A DNA stretch of 64,000 bases from the NCBI GenBank assembly GCA_040954595.2, contig CM082577.2, forward strand, positions 7,465,846 through 7,529,845, read 5' to 3'. Of the stretch, positions 1 to 14,798 are shown in pieces (position 1 is the stretch's first letter; the number at the start of each line of letters is the position of its first letter). The stretch is from Balanoglossus misakiensis. Lineage: Eukaryota; Animalia; Hemichordata. The notes below the pieces were generated by a model. It did not search any database and had not been told where the DNA came from. It worked only from the letters and a program-made list of their open reading frames with translations. Position numbers and translations under genes: made by a program.

Positions 1-1336
1 AGAGATTTTCTTGTTGATCCACTGGTGCATAGAATTGATTGCCTGCTCAATATGAAAAAGGCGGTACAGCGAAGTCTGTGGTTTATGATCGATTGATTGC
101 ATCACTCCGATTCTCAAGACTGTCATATGTAATGCATCGCGCAGGCAAATGAGTCAATTCTCAGAAGAGGGGAGTCGGATATTTTTGCCCCCCCCCCCTC
201 CCCCGTCTGCAGTGTGTCGCATTCCAATGCATACGCGCGGCCTCGGTTTATGTCGATCAGGGAGAGATCGTGCATGTTCACAACATTAAACTAATAACTG
301 TTAGCGGCAAAGCGGCAGTTGTCGCGAAAAACTCAGCCGTCTCCGCAGGCCATCGGAGATATCGCTTGCACGCGGATCCCGAACTCCACGAGACCCTACG
401 AGATCTCGCGCGGCTAAGCAGTTTGTATGGGAGGACATTTTCACGTGACACAGACCCATCGTGTTTAACAGTGCACAAGTTGCAATATTATAGTTTTATA
501 CAAAGCTTAACGTGTTTAAAGTTGACCAGCAATCCATTCCTACGGTAATTAATATATCGTAATGAGTAGACAATCGACTTTGATATAGCAAGTTTATGTA
601 CTTTCATGATTACCTGTGTGACTCAAGAATCATTGGTCTCAGTGGAGTAACCATCTTATCTCGGGGCACCGGGTTAGTTAGAATTTTATGGTGATTATCT
701 CCCTATAGTGAAGTGTTTCGATATATCGAATCATTAAAACGAGCCTCGCGACGCTAATCGCAGTGTGACTGTCTCTATCAGACCATTTAGTAAGGACCTT
801 GACTCCTGCATTTCAATTTAAAAAGAAATAAATCGATCCACCATCAAAACTCTACACCACTCTTATGTTACAAAGCAGGCAATTTGTAGTGCCAGAACAG
901 ACAGAAATACATATTGAAAATCTTTTCAGAGATCGTATCTTTAAACTCAAAAAAGTACTATGCTCTAATTAGTCGACGACTTTCTCCCCCCCCCCCTCCC
1001 TCTCTGTCTGTACATTCACTGTCCGTCGTATGATTGGACAGTGCATATTTCCTTGCAACGTGGTGAATGATGATTTGCCTCAGCTGGCGACCGATCAGGT
1101 AATAGCCACTGATGCGGCGTTCTTTGAAATGGAAAGAATGACCACCCAATGGGCGATGAAATGAACGAGACGAAAGTGACATCTAGCCTCTGGAGGACAA
1201 GGAGGTTATAATTTCCTGTCACACATGCGTCTTCCAGTGATCAGTCTCTTGTGAGCATGCACGCATGCGCCTCACGCCTTTTCAACAGTCATCTACCAAG
1301 AGCAGGCGTTATGAATATGTCCCTAACTTCTACCGC

Positions 1337-1369
1337 CACCACCACCACCACCACCACCACCACCACCAC
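1337..1369. repeat. (CAC)11 microsatellite
   Basis: Read directly from the sequence. Confidence 0.95.
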
Positions 1370-2175
1370 AAAAAAACACGATTATTTCATACGCGGCTAA
1401 AAAGAGCCCATTTGGCAACGACAAAACGTCACGATTTAATATTACCGTGAACAATCATGTACTGACAGGTTGCAACATAAAACGTGTCCTTCCTCCTTTC
1501 TCTCAACACCTCTGAGACAGAATACGAGACGAAGAGCCAAAATTAGAAATCAGAAAATACTTGAAAAGTGAAACCGGCGCCTGCTAGGACAAGAAGAGTG
1601 TTTAATTCAACGACCTTTGTATTCATTTGAAAATCTCCTGGGTCCCTATTGATCTGACATTTGATTCTTTCACCATCTTCTCTGACTGTTACTATAACAA
1701 CAATATGGCACAATGGATCGCAGTACACATGAATTAAAATGCATCTGGAAAGTCTACATCCGTACCTATTTCGCTGTTTTGTACAAGACTTGTACACTGT
1801 GCATGTGTATATAGACAGAAATCATGACGGCCATTCTTCGCCTGTTTAAACGGTCACCGAACTGCGATTACCCGCAGACGGCAATGGGCGAACAAAGGCC
1901 CGATGCCGGTAATTTCGTTTTTCTTTTTCTGTCCGTAAAATGGGCGGTAATGGTTCGCTTCGAGTCATTTTACTCGCGGGGAGATTAATGCTTTAATGCA
2001 CAAACTGTGTAAATTACCCCACAAAATATGTCCGTACAAAAGTGTAGTAGACCCGGTAATGCCTGTTACAGACGGTGGCAGGAAACCGCCGTCACCCCTC
2101 CATGATATGGCGACACGAGGTATGACTTTGTGATGTCACATTTCGGCGTCCAAGATTGAGTTCTTGGATTTTCTC

Positions 2176-2250
2176 TTAAAGTAGAGCGCGCCTCGAGGAC
2201 AGACTTTCAGCAAAAAAAATATAGTCCGTCCCCCAAACCTTTCAACCATT
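2176..2250. mobile_element. Degenerate TTAA-anchored transposon end (relic)
   Basis: TTAAAGTAGAGCGCGCCTCGA (2176-2196) resembles TTAAGGTAGAATGCACCTCGA (46559-46579); followed by a weak inverted pair GAGGACAGACT...AGTCCGTCCCC. Confidence 0.4.
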
Positions 2251-5200
2251 TGACAAAATAAAGTGTGCGAGTATTCTTTTGAAAACAAGATGTTCACTCT
2301 CTTGTTTTCGTGAAAATCGCTACTTTAAATTGCGCAAAGATTTTGTTATTTGGTTGTGTGCTTCGAACTTCTAGCCCGGTCATTTTGTTGGGATTGCCAC
2401 GACGTCGCGCGGTATATCAAGTGAATCGTGACTGCCGGCGTATAAGTGCGATTATATTATTCCCCGCGCGTGCCAGTTATAACGCATTCCTACACACGAA
2501 CCATAATATTAAAGTAATATTGCATCCGATCCTTTTCGTCAAATGACTTCTCATTTTGATTGCCTTGGAAACGGGTGTGCCACCGAGTTGAACTTATTAC
2601 ATTCTCTACGTGTCGGCAACTTTCATGATTCTTGTTATTTCTGATCGGGAAAAGCTTCTCGAAACCGGAGGAGAAACTTATTGGAATAAAAAAGAACAAA
2701 GGCAATGAAATTTTCCAAATACAGAGAATATTTTTAAAATAGTGTCAAGAAAAACATGTGGCGCTTGTCGATCAACATGTGATGAATCTATATTGAATCA
2801 GCGTCATCATGCATGCAAAGGGAAACAATCACATTTAATTTACATATACCCATATAAGGCTGAACGGGTGTGTTTGAGTCTTCGGATGACCGTTTGGTGG
2901 CGCACTTATTTTTTTTCACGTGGCCGTCCCGCGAAAATCTGTGGTTGGCTGGATCTCAACTTTCCACGGTAACAGATGCTAAATTTACGTTGGTGGCCGT
3001 GAACTTTTGACGCCACAATCGAGTGGACTTACATTTATGATACATGTACCTTCGGTGCATATAGGTTTTATATTTCACGGAACTCGAACTTTGCGCTGCG
3101 CTTTTGAGAAACCCGAGCTTACGCTGATAAAAGTTGAATCTGTCGCGGCGTATCAATGAAATTGTTCGCCTGTCGGCATTTTGTGTCAGTGCTTCGGTCA
3201 CTTCATAGCGTTGAAACGACAAAATTTCAAAACGGGGCAACCAGTCGAAATCGGTATTTACTATTTTATCTGTCCCCACGCGTTCTCAACCATTTGTGAT
3301 TACAACCACACTGCGCGGCGGCGATATATTTTCATTAATCAAACGCCCTTAACCCTTCCCCCACCTTTAAAAAAATACGCCTTGTTAATATTTTACAGCC
3401 ATATTGAACGAAGGGATAATTCCTTCTGAATTTCAGATACAACTATATATATTGGGTAATTTCATACACATTGGCCCTCCAGTAAAATGCATAAAATATC
3501 CCAGGAGCTTTTCTACTTATTTTCGACTTCGAAAGAGCAGTTTTTGAGAAAAACAATCATTCGCAATGGTAAAGACTTTCTTCTTTCTCAATGCAGAAGC
3601 GCAGAAACAAGATACGGTTCCGGTCGCAATCAAATACTTCACACCATGAACGACGCGCAGCTGCCACTCGAAGACGGAAGCTTCGCGCGCCCGTGGCAGA
3701 GAACGACAAGTGATATTTCGTTTTACTGGAAGTCATCACTGCAGTAGGGATAATAAATCAGCCACACTCAGGCGCACAAACGTCGATGAAATATTCAAAT
3801 TAATTGACTAGGCAATTACCGGGCAGTGTGTAACATTTGATAAAATTCGTGTAGTCTGCGGGGACATCTTTGTAATTCGTACGCCAATTACCCCGGTCAA
3901 GCTTGTGATTGGAATTACGACTAGTAGCATGATCTCGGACGTAAATATCGCCATCATGTCACAGAACTTGCTGAATGTCGTTCAATCGTTGAGCGCTTGT
4001 CTCGTGAGCGCTTGTAAAGTCTTGAGCGATATCGTGTTTAACGTACCAGTATGTCTGAGAGGTGGGCGTCCGTGCGACCTGTCAGGTGTCTTTGTGCGCA
4101 TATTTGTTAACGCGTTCGAAGTTGGTCCGAGGTAAACGAAAGTCATTAAAGATAGGGCAGAGCAAAGCAAAACTTGCAGCTTATAAGAACGAGACCAATT
4201 TTACGAGGGAAATGTAATTTTCCAAGATAATTTGATGGCGTTCATTTGAGAAACGTCAATAATTAGAATGTAAATTTAACGAGCATCTGAACTGAGCGCT
4301 GTGTGAAGCGCGTGTCGTGAGTTAAACGCATAGGTTCAAAGGTCAAGTACCGTCTCTCTGTCTGCCTGCCTCTCTCACTAACTCACTCCTTTACGGCGAA
4401 TGTGACAAACCATAAATTATCGGCTGATTCGCCAGTTTATCCGTCTGCTACCTCATTCCCGTGTTTGCCTAAATTTTACGAGCATTTAAAGTGTTTATCT
4501 TGAAACGCAAAACCTCCTTTACCGAGGGCAAACAAATCATATAGTGTATTCAAGTGGCAATATTATTCTCAATAGTGCTCAAGAACGAAAACCTGGCGAA
4601 GCTACTGCGCGCAGCTTCGACTTGTAAAGTAGAGCGGCTAGCCACAAATACTCAATGGTTGAAATCCGGAATTTCGAGAAAATAAAACATGACACAAAGT
4701 ACGCAAAGACTGCCTCAGAAGTACGCGCATCGCTGTCACGCACTCAAAACGTGATTTTCCACCATGGTGTGATTCGGCCACGCTTCGTCACGTCATGTTT
4801 GTTTTTCTTCTCGCCCTTGCACATCAATAAACGTTCAATATCAGGGAGTAAGTTGTCTCTGAAACCACAGATATAAAAAATGATCTTTGAAGAAACGATC
4901 GCTAACGAACGGACGAACAGACAGTCCAAAACCATAAATGTAGAGCGATTGTAAATCAATTGAACAACAACAATTGATAATCTCTAAGGTTTATAGAAGA
5001 TCGGTTGACTGCAGAGATCATCGGGTGACCAATCACGTACATTGTATGTAATGCATCCAATCCCTGTTGTGTTGAAGAATAGGCTTTGCAATAAACCCTA
5101 TCAAACCACTCTTAGCATGTGTTCACTAACAGGCACATGGCCAAAGCTCCATTGTACCAGATCTCGGGTTGCCGGTTTCGAAAGGGACGGGGGACATTAC

Positions 5201-8200
5201 GATACCAAACACTCTTCTCGCTTCACTTACGATTGTTTTTTTTGGCAAAATGTGAATTGTACGCGGACTCAATTTATGTGCGACATATTTCAAGGGACGG
5301 ACGACCAGCGCATTTTTGTCGACATAATTGGTTTGCGGGTTCTAGTATCATCTACTTACTGTCTATGGTGTCATTTGCACGACGACCGACTTATATCACG
5401 AACCCCAAGAATTTAAATTATGGGGAAAACAGTCTTGAAAAGAGAACACAAAGCAAATCCCGTGAGAGGACTCGCTTTTGAAAACTAAAAAAAAAGAGAG
5501 AAAAATGTAGCATTGTCTAAAATTAGCAGGACAGACAACACCGACCAGTGAATTATGGGCTGGAGGTGTTGAGTGTTTCCAATAACATGATTTCTCATGT
5601 TTTGCGCGCCCCATTTGCTATTCTTCCACGGCTCCACCGCGATCATTGTTCATTCTTGCCATGTCTTTACTCCCCGGGGAAGGGTCAGCGTTGGCCGGCA
5701 GCACCCACGTCATAGTCTGTCAGTCACCACCGAGGCACTGCCAAATAAATTTGGGCGAATGGAACTTTTTTTGTGAAATGAAGAGAATGTCTCACAGATG
5801 TTCGGATACCCTGAAGGGACGGGAATGTCTACGCGCATTCGGCGAGCAAATGTTAACGCTGTATAGACAGGGGCATTCTTTTCCCCATGGGAGCGCTCGC
5901 ACGCGGACAAAGAAAATCTGAATTGAAAAACAAGGACTGAATTCAGACGTGCTGCGACTTGACTGCAGGCCCCATCGAAATTAGTTTTAAAAATCTGGCA
6001 AACGTCTCAATATTCATTGAAAAAGTCAGTGCGTATACATGTACACTAAGCAAGGCAGAACGTTCACTTGGTTAAAATCAAGGATGCGGTTTTTCGATTT
6101 GGGCAGTGAAGTCAATAACCTTTGTTGGCAGACACAATAGGAATACACCTGCCATTGTGCTGGACGGGCAATGAAAGTGCCCCGGCGCGTTGAACTTGTC
6201 GTCCAAGTGACGCCCGGGGGACGTTGGCGTATTGAAAAAGGACCGGTGTGAAAATCCGTCAGTGTTCTTGATAGTAGTCTGAAACTTCAATTCAATGCAA
6301 TTCGATGACTTCGCATGTGAAATAGCGCGTCTGGTTCATGCTATTTGCATGATCACGTCGCCCAATCTTGCCCCTGGCTTACAGATCTACGCGGAACATG
6401 AAACCACTCTGAGAGCGGGCCAATTTCTTTCGGCTGTACTGTAATGGTTCGTCCTTACTGCCGGGTAAAAGCAATAATTTACAATCTTTGTTGTCAAGTC
6501 GCCAAAACGACTGAAGCGTTCATGTTTTCAGAGGTGGAGCGAAATTTTCGCAAGGTCAAAAGCTTCAGACGGCAATCGCAATGTAGCTAGTAGATTTAAA
6601 GATTCTGTCATCTATACAAATTTAACAACAGTTACTATCGTTAGTGGAGATCCAGCCAATCGCAAATTTTCACTTCAGTGGCCACGCGAAAAAAACTTAG
6701 ACTCTACCCTTTAACCTTATATGGCCAATATGTAAATTAGATGTGAAACGCAGGTGTGGGCGAGTTTTTGAATCGACATGTTGGAATTTAGTTCCGCGCA
6801 CACAGCTCATTCATTGGTAACAGCAACAGCTCGCGGGGAACGGATGGGTTCCTAAGAATCGAGCAGATGCTCTAAAATGACGTAAGTTTACGTCAAACAA
6901 TTAACCTAAACCTATTCCCCGGTCATAGAGACTCATTGGCAACAAATGCAGTGGCTGTAGTCTGGGCTCATCAACCATGAAATGCCCGCCGGCAATCGCC
7001 TCGGTAGATCGGAATGCTTATACATGTATTGTATTTGTTGCACTCATACTCAAAGCGCACGGACGCTTGAAGAGGTTTCGCGGGACAAAGTAAACACTTG
7101 TATTGTGAATTGACAAAATGCACAGGTCTCTCTGATATCTCTCCTAAGTAGCATAATCTACAATTGAAAGCAACCTCAGAGAGGAGCCTCTTCGGCTTTT
7201 TAAGCACTGCTGAATGATGTAACACGGCGAACGCCAACTGTAGATTTGAAACCGCGAGTCACTCCGCGACGTGGAGGAAAGTGCGGAATTCAATTACCCT
7301 CATAAATCCGCGGTCAATTGACGGGATGAAGCCGGCTCGTTGAGACTTGCACCGTGGCTGCATTATTGGTTAACGTTTTATTTGCCCAGGGAGCACAAGT
7401 GCGGCATCGTAAAAATGTCTTGTCTGGCGATTAACTTCTTGAAAGAATACCTGTTTGATTTGAATGAAGTACGAACATAAACATCCTAACGACTGCGCCG
7501 CGATTGAATTAGTATTAACAAGACACGCAAGCGCATGGGAAATTACACGAGCTCGTGCTGCCGTCCACCGATGATTGCTGATACGCCTCACGGAGAATTA
7601 TTTGGTATTATTTCGTCGTTGTGATATCGTGGGATTTTGAACCGGTGATGAGAAACTCAGTGTGCGGGATTTCGTTATGGCGGTGGAGACGAGAAGTAAA
7701 AGAAAATGGCATGATATGGTTATTACCAATAAAGGTAGCAGTACAAAAACGCATGCTAAAATCATCGCGGAAGAAAGTTAATGCAAAGTTATTCTGGAAA
7801 ATGTTTTCAACAAAGTATGAACGTGGTACTATTAAAAGAAAGAGTCACTCATGGGTAAAAAAGAACTTTCGAAGCAAACGCCGCGTGGCCCAATTTGAGA
7901 GAAAGAAACGCAATACATTTTCTGACCATGAATGTATGTACCCATTTGGCATATATTCACAGATGCCCGTGTTTGGTTCTGTATCAACAAAGGCCAGACA
8001 ACCACAGGGGGAACAAAGGCCACGCATTATTAGTCCTGAGGGGGAAGTTTGGTATTTTGTCAAGTATAAGCAGTGTTCCCTTACTCCTCATTTTACAGTG
8101 GAATTCGGAGTCCAAAGAAACGTCACAGTTACAACACCTGTCGCGATAATCTCAGAACTCGGGCCAGCTGACAGGCAGCCATCGCTAGAATTCGTGTCAG

Positions 8201-11200
8201 GTTCAAATAAACAACGCCAGGTTTATATCTCAGAAATAATTCGTATTTAACGGATCGGATGGCAAGAACTAATCAACAACTTTCAAACCTTCGCGATGTA
8301 AGTCAGTAATTTTTTCAAATCACCGAACGTCCACGCTTGTGCATATGCAATTTACGCCACGATTTAACAACTTCTTCGAATTCCATGTTACATGCACATG
8401 TATTTGGGCAATCAAATACGTTTGACCCCAAGGTAGGTCACAGGTGTTAAGTATACCGCTACACGACCAGACAAGGTTGCCAACGTTCCATCTACATACC
8501 AACTATTCTTTGGAAAAAGGAAGAGATTACTAATCGGACTTCTGTGGGCCCCATGGAACGCGCTCGTTCCATCATTGTCGAGTCAGAGACCCCGGGTGCC
8601 AATTCGATGTCTCCGTCTTGCAGGTGGTTTGTACAGTTTGACGGATTACGCGTTGGGAGTATCACTGAACAAGTGATTCTGTTTCCCTCTCGAGAACTGC
8701 TGGTGGCCCTAATGTGTCTTCAACTGTGTACACCCACGCCGACCTTCGGCGCAGCATAGGTATGACTCCACAGTCACTCCGGCGGACTCAATCAAGACCT
8801 AGCACAATCACCAAGCCCTCTCTCCGTCACCGGAATGAAGTCACGACTGATGTTGTGCGAAAACCTCGTTTGAAACCGACTTCACATGTAGTATCAGGGA
8901 CTACATCACTATGAATGTAGTGATCTGATGTCAACGTCCACCATGATTTATTCAACCAATTCAGCCTTACGCACAGTTTCTGTCAAATAAACGACGCCTC
9001 TTAATTCATAACACGCAGTAAAGACAAACACAACACTGCATGATAAAAATGTTCCGCTATTAATAACACATTTGACAACCCTTCTAATTTATTGAGACTA
9101 GAGCGGGAATCCGGCCAAAGGTCGTTTAATAACGCGAGTGTCCCTACTTGATCTCACTTCAATTAGAACTATATTTCTTCTTCACAAAATGAGTCAGTCT
9201 TATTATTGCTGTGCAGAGTATTTTGAATATTGCAACGTTGGATGCGCTGATTACGATTACCATGGTTACGACGTTTGCTATATCCAAATTAGTCAAACTT
9301 AACACGTATAGTACAAGACAAAATGCTGTTGAATCTTGTCATTCATGACGCCATACTATCAGTGTTGATAACACTTGACACTAAAGGTTTTTTCCCTATT
9401 CTTGGAATGCTGGCGAGCTTTCCACATAGGACGTGCTTTCAAGTCGTTTATATGCAAGTCTATTCTTATACATGTCAAGGTATCGCATATCCCTTGGGCC
9501 ATATGCAGATTCGTCGACGACTGCGTTAAATAACGACGGCCGCATCTGGAAACCGACAATTAGAAAGTGGTACTTATCAAGGTTATTTGCATGGGAGAGT
9601 TCATCTTCTAGTCAGATATACACGCGTACCTACAGCCTTTGCAGAACCGAGTCATTTTTATACCTTGGTGCGAGAAACTTTATAAAAACAGCAATATTGT
9701 TGTCTTTTAAGTCAACAGTGTGCGAAAATAAGCACGCGTGTGCGATTATTTACTCGGGGATAACGCAACTAAAACCCGGCACATCTGATCAAACATCGCT
9801 CGCGTCGCAGGTTGGAACTTTGCCGAAAGGTGCGTACGCGATGAGAATGAATATACGGTCTGGCCGCCGATATATAGTTTACACGGATTACTATAGCGAA
9901 ATGTCACTGAGACAGCGTGAATAACAAGGCACATGTTTTCCTCCCATATCTCCTCTCTGGAGAACATAATTCCAGTATGCAATCTCGAGCAATTTTCAAC
10001 TGAGTTTATTTAAAGATACATCCACATAGCAGTCAGACGGGAGGGAAGGGGTTTTCATTTTCGGTTTAAGCCGCAAATCACCGGGGATCGGCGATGCTTG
10101 TCAGCTGTGTCGGTGCGCTTCTGACACGGCTGGTAAATATTACGATGACATCAATGTGAAATTAACGGTAGGTCACTGGAAGGACAGACAAATCTCCGTT
10201 AAATACGTACTGATGTTTTTTTTTCTTCCCTAAGCACCTCCTCGCTATCGTCCTTGCGGACAGATTTCGCGGCGCGTGCTGCATGGCGTGTCAGTTTGCG
10301 AGGTAGTTAGTGTACACAGTGTTAAAACGAATGATAATCGAGTACATGTGTTCATTAATATTGATATGTGTGTCCAGCGATGGATCAGAGAGGGTTTATT
10401 CGCTGTACAAATAGTCAACGAGTGTTTCCAGGAACCAGTCTGCTTTTTTATATTTGCGCTTGAAATCATGATTGCCACTCGATCTGCGCGGAATAAAACT
10501 GGAGTGCTTTGTGCGATGGGGTCAGAGTTCAACTTGTTGAACGGTGTGGCGATGATCGCCGCGAAGACAGCGATAATGTCAGATGCAAAGGGGGGGGGGG
10601 GGTAGTCCGTCACAATTAAACGCTAACCCCCTCTCTGTTTTCGTCAATTAGGCCTCGGAAAGCATGCAATCAGCGAGGAACGAAGAGAGATAGACCGAGA
10701 GAGGTCGCAGAAGGGATCAATGCGGAGTGAACGTGATCAAATTTCACTGATGCGGTTTTACATCATTTCTTGTGTGTTTCGTCGCGGTTTGCGTCGGCGA
10801 GCTGAATACAGATGAGAGTCGATTTGACTCCTCGTCTCCTGATTTTTTTTCCATGCGCGTGCCTTGTTATGAACCAGCAATCTACGGCGAAGAACGTGAC
10901 ATACTCATGATTCAATTTTCCTCTTGCTCTCTCTCTTTTTTTTCTTCTGCGGCTGTTTCAAGTTCTTCAATAACAGTTAGGGACTCTTTTCAATCAAAAT
11001 GCACATCTTGAAGCGGATTGTATCAAGCAAATCACGGCCGCTGTTACTTTAATTGTAATTGTATGGCGAATGGCGGCATTTAATCACGTGGACGCCGCAC
11101 AAAATCCATTGCATCGTGAACCGAAGATTGACAGCAACGCAGGCGGAATCATTCCCCTTCAGAAAAAAATACCTTGACATATCCTTGCATTTTATAGTCC

Positions 11201-11654
11201 AATAAATCGAAATGCCATTTTCCCCAGATATTAAAATGGTAACGGGAAAGGATCACGTCAAAATGTCATCCCTGATTTACACCGTGCGAGATGAAACTGC
11301 CGGAAGCCGCGAAAGAACGTTTAAGGGGAGTCGTAAACTTCAAGGGTATCTATATGAAGAACATCTGCAAATGACACGGGTGTAATCCATTTGACATGCC
11401 GGGGCTCTTAAACGGATCAGCTACTTCGTTTCTTTGTAATGAAACTGTATTTTGACAAAGACGCATGCAGATCATACCTTGTGCACGCGATACACAAACT
11501 CGCCGACAGTTTTCGATTTGAAATAGTGTATTATTGTATTATTATTTGACATTTCATATATGTCATCATGGCTTGGGACTAAATTTCCGGTCCGCAAATC
11601 ACAACGTCGGCGTGGAATTCTGTTGTTATAAGACATTACATTATTAAAGTGTAT

Positions 11655-11836
11655 AATATACTGGGCGTTATTATAGGCATACATGTATGGAATACTATTG
11701 TTGCAAAACATACCAGTATCATAGCATATACTGGGTGTTGTCGCGAGTCCATATTTTACCTTTAGCGGAATACAAAACATTACAGTATTAAAACACATTT
11801 CACCTTTTAAGCGGAATATTCTAGTTGCAAAACATT
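11655..11836. repeat. Decayed AT-rich tandem or modular repeat
   Basis: Paired modules ATATACTGGGYGTT, GTTGCAAAACAT and TTYACCTTT(TA)AGCGGAATA each occur twice. Confidence 0.55.
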
Positions 11837-12505
11837 GAATTTCATACTAAAGCACACCGGGTGTTATTTTGAGACGGGTGGAGATACGTTGCTGACAGAG
11901 GTAGAGTGATTCTTGCAACCGTTTTGATTCTGTACACTGTATACACTAGACTGGCGCCACAGACCGGTGCATGGGAGAATTGAAATGTGTTTTTCAATAC
12001 GACTTTCCCAGACATAATCCTATACGCCTGCATTGCGCCCTGATAATCTGGACTCGATCGTATTTTATGTCTCACACAAATGCTCTCTTCGACAAGGACC
12101 CCTAAGATACGACACATGGGACTCGCAGACACAACAGATGCTGGTAAGTCTAGGCCGATTCGCTGCCTCTGGTAAATATTTTAGTGAAATGACATTTTCG
12201 AAAAAGGTGCAATTTGTATTGAATTTCTACAAAAAGTCATAAGCCCTTGCGCGAACCAAAACGCAGATAATCTTGTGTTACAATAGTAAAGTTCATCATA
12301 GACAAGCTTTCTAAATGTTCAACTCTTTTTCTACTAAGGAATACATTACATGTATTGAGTAAGACGCGCCGAAAAGTTCAATTAACTAAAAAAAAAGGCT
12401 GTTACGAATAAAAACTTTCGACGCCGATGTTCAGATAACTGTCATAGATTTGCTTCAGTGAAAGAGCCAAAATATAGCAAAAACACTTACAGGTTTAATC
12501 TCTAT

Positions 12506-12571
12506 ATGCAAATTTTAAGTGAGTATGCAAATGCAGTGTGAGATATGCACATATATAATGAATATGCAAAT
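12506..12571 (+). promoter_or_regulatory. Phased cluster of octamer (POU-type) motifs
   Basis: ATGCAAAT at 12506, 12525 and 12564 and ATGCACAT at 12545; spacing 19/20/19 bp. Confidence 0.45.
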
Positions 12572-14773
12572 GAGGACCGAACGAGGAATTGAATATCCTT
12601 TTCCCCCAAAGGTTATTTCGGGTCACGTGTCAAACACGTTTTTTTCTCTGTGATGACACTATTTACTGAACGTGCCGCTGAGCTCCTGTATAACCGTGAG
12701 AATAAAATCGTTCATTTTTTTTTCTACCTGCGAGTGAATGAGCGTCAGATTTGAATTCAAACTTTTGTCAAGCGACTGAAGCACGCAGACACACGGCATC
12801 TGTTAAAATTTTGTTTGATAACATCGTAACAAAAGCACATTTAGATTGAAAAGAGTCTTTCATGTTGAAAGCAAATGGCTTGCCTGACGGTGTAGCATCG
12901 TTGAAAAGGATTACCGTTTTTGCAGCGGCGGGGAGGAAGGCAATAGCCTGTCTGAATGGACAATCTGTGTCGTTTTTTCCTCTATTGAGTCATTTTCCCC
13001 ATTAAATCTTCTCTGTTGTAGCACAAAACAGTAACCAAACGCACAATGCTGCTAACATATGTTTTAAAGGTTTTAGTAGTATTGTACGGACAGTCACGCA
13101 TTTATACCGGACCAGTAAAATCTGCGAAGAAAATCTGCCTTTACCGTAAAAAGGAAGATTCGCTATCGGCAGAATATATCACCACCATCGGCATCTTCGC
13201 TTCATTGAAAGGACGAGAATATTTGTGTTTTTAAAAGATAACAGTGGGATCTGCATTCTTATATGGAGTTGTCTTATCTTAAAATTATTCGGCCATTTTT
13301 GTTGGCAAACCATTAGTTTGCGAACTGATCGTTCTAATCACTTGATCGAGTGACCCAATTTCGCGACACATCGAGATCGCAGCTGCCAGTCGCGAACAAA
13401 TGAGGTTTTATATTATAGTTTTAAGAATTCGAAAAACGGTGTTACCGCTTCGCTTTTCCAAAAAAAAAATCGCAGAAACATTCATTGACAAGATAAGTGG
13501 TATCCGTTGGGACGCGCCCACAATCAAGGGCATCCGAAACAAACATTTATTTCCAATCAAGCGATTGGAGTTTTTACACATTATTGAATGAATGTTTTGA
13601 TCCGCCACTTTCGCAAACGATAACGGGCGTGTTAGCTCAGTTGACGAAGCACAATTAGTCATCTGCGTGGATCCTGCACATCCAACCGCGACCCTGGCTG
13701 TCGCTGCAACTGAGATACTCCCTTCCGTGTATACTAGTTACGCAAGGGAAACTAAATTCACAGTTTAAGCACAGGGCCACAGAGAAAAGGTCGACTTTGA
13801 GGGACGTTTGACAAATCATTTCAGAATGTGAAATTAAACGCGCAACGAAGGTGAATTCGGGCGTGATATTTGATAAGAGTGTCATCTTTCGAGGCGCAGC
13901 CGGCGCGTGTATGGCTTTCTCGGGGGTTCCATTTACATTTTCATTTCCAACAGATGTCCATCGCAACCTGCGCACTGGCAGTTCCTTTCCTGTACGACAC
14001 TGGACAAATCAGATAAGCCTAAGATGCGTCGAGACTCTAGCAGGAGCCCACACGGCACAGCCTGTCGAGGCAGAAAGGAATCGTTAAATATTAAGTCACA
14101 GTTGTGTGTGATTGAATTAAATCCCCCGCAACGCGGCATGCACAGCAACGCGAACGCTGCGTGTCTTGACATTCGAAGCGAAACAAACGAATCCGCGACG
14201 TTGTCACCATATTACACGTTTGAGTAAACCGAATCAAATTCAGTTTCAAATTTCTGTCATTCATTAAAAAATTACTTCTGTCCCACTTGTCGGGCATCGG
14301 AGGGCGACTGTCTGAGCTGCAAGGTGTCCAGCGTCTTGCGTCAATCAACCTTATAATGTCAACGACAGCGGGACCCCCCCCCCCCCTTCTCCGACTCGAC
14401 CGCTGTTACACGCATCCTTACTTGGCATTTCGAATCGCCGGGTCTGCTCTCTCAAACGGAAAGTACAATGTCCGGGGCACAGGACAATCGCTATTTTTAA
14501 TTTCCCTTCGTTAGATCAAAAATTCAATCGCGACTTCGGGAGGAACTTGAGCTGCGGTTCACATGCACTGTGTTCTGTTATTATTCAATCATTGAGCAGA
14601 TCGCGTAATACAGTTGCAGTTTAGTCACGCCTGATTGAAACCCAGGGAGGCATTAATTGAAAACAAGAGACCATTAAATTATTACTAGAGACAGACTTCC
14701 CTATTACGTCAAAGCTCGCAAGCAAGAGATGGGTAACAGGGCCACGCACCGGGTTAACACGTCGAGTTTGTTT

Positions 14774-14798
14774 AGTCAGTCAGTCAGTCAGTCAGTCA
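14774..14798. repeat. (AGTC)6 microsatellite
   Basis: Read directly from the sequence. Confidence 0.95.

Noticed and set aside
1265-1450. Poly-His ORF
   Set aside because: Simply a translation of the (CAC)11 microsatellite.
7621-8250. Longest ORF in the track (209 aa, + strand)
   Set aside because: GTG start, no recognisable domain and no convincing exon boundaries; compatible with a chance ORF in 64 kb over six frames. A BLASTP hit would overturn this.
13625-13694. tRNA-like 5' end GGGCGTGTTAGCTCAGTTG
   Set aside because: A-box-like start only; no anticodon stem, no TTC/B-box T-loop and a poor acceptor stem. At most a SINE relic.
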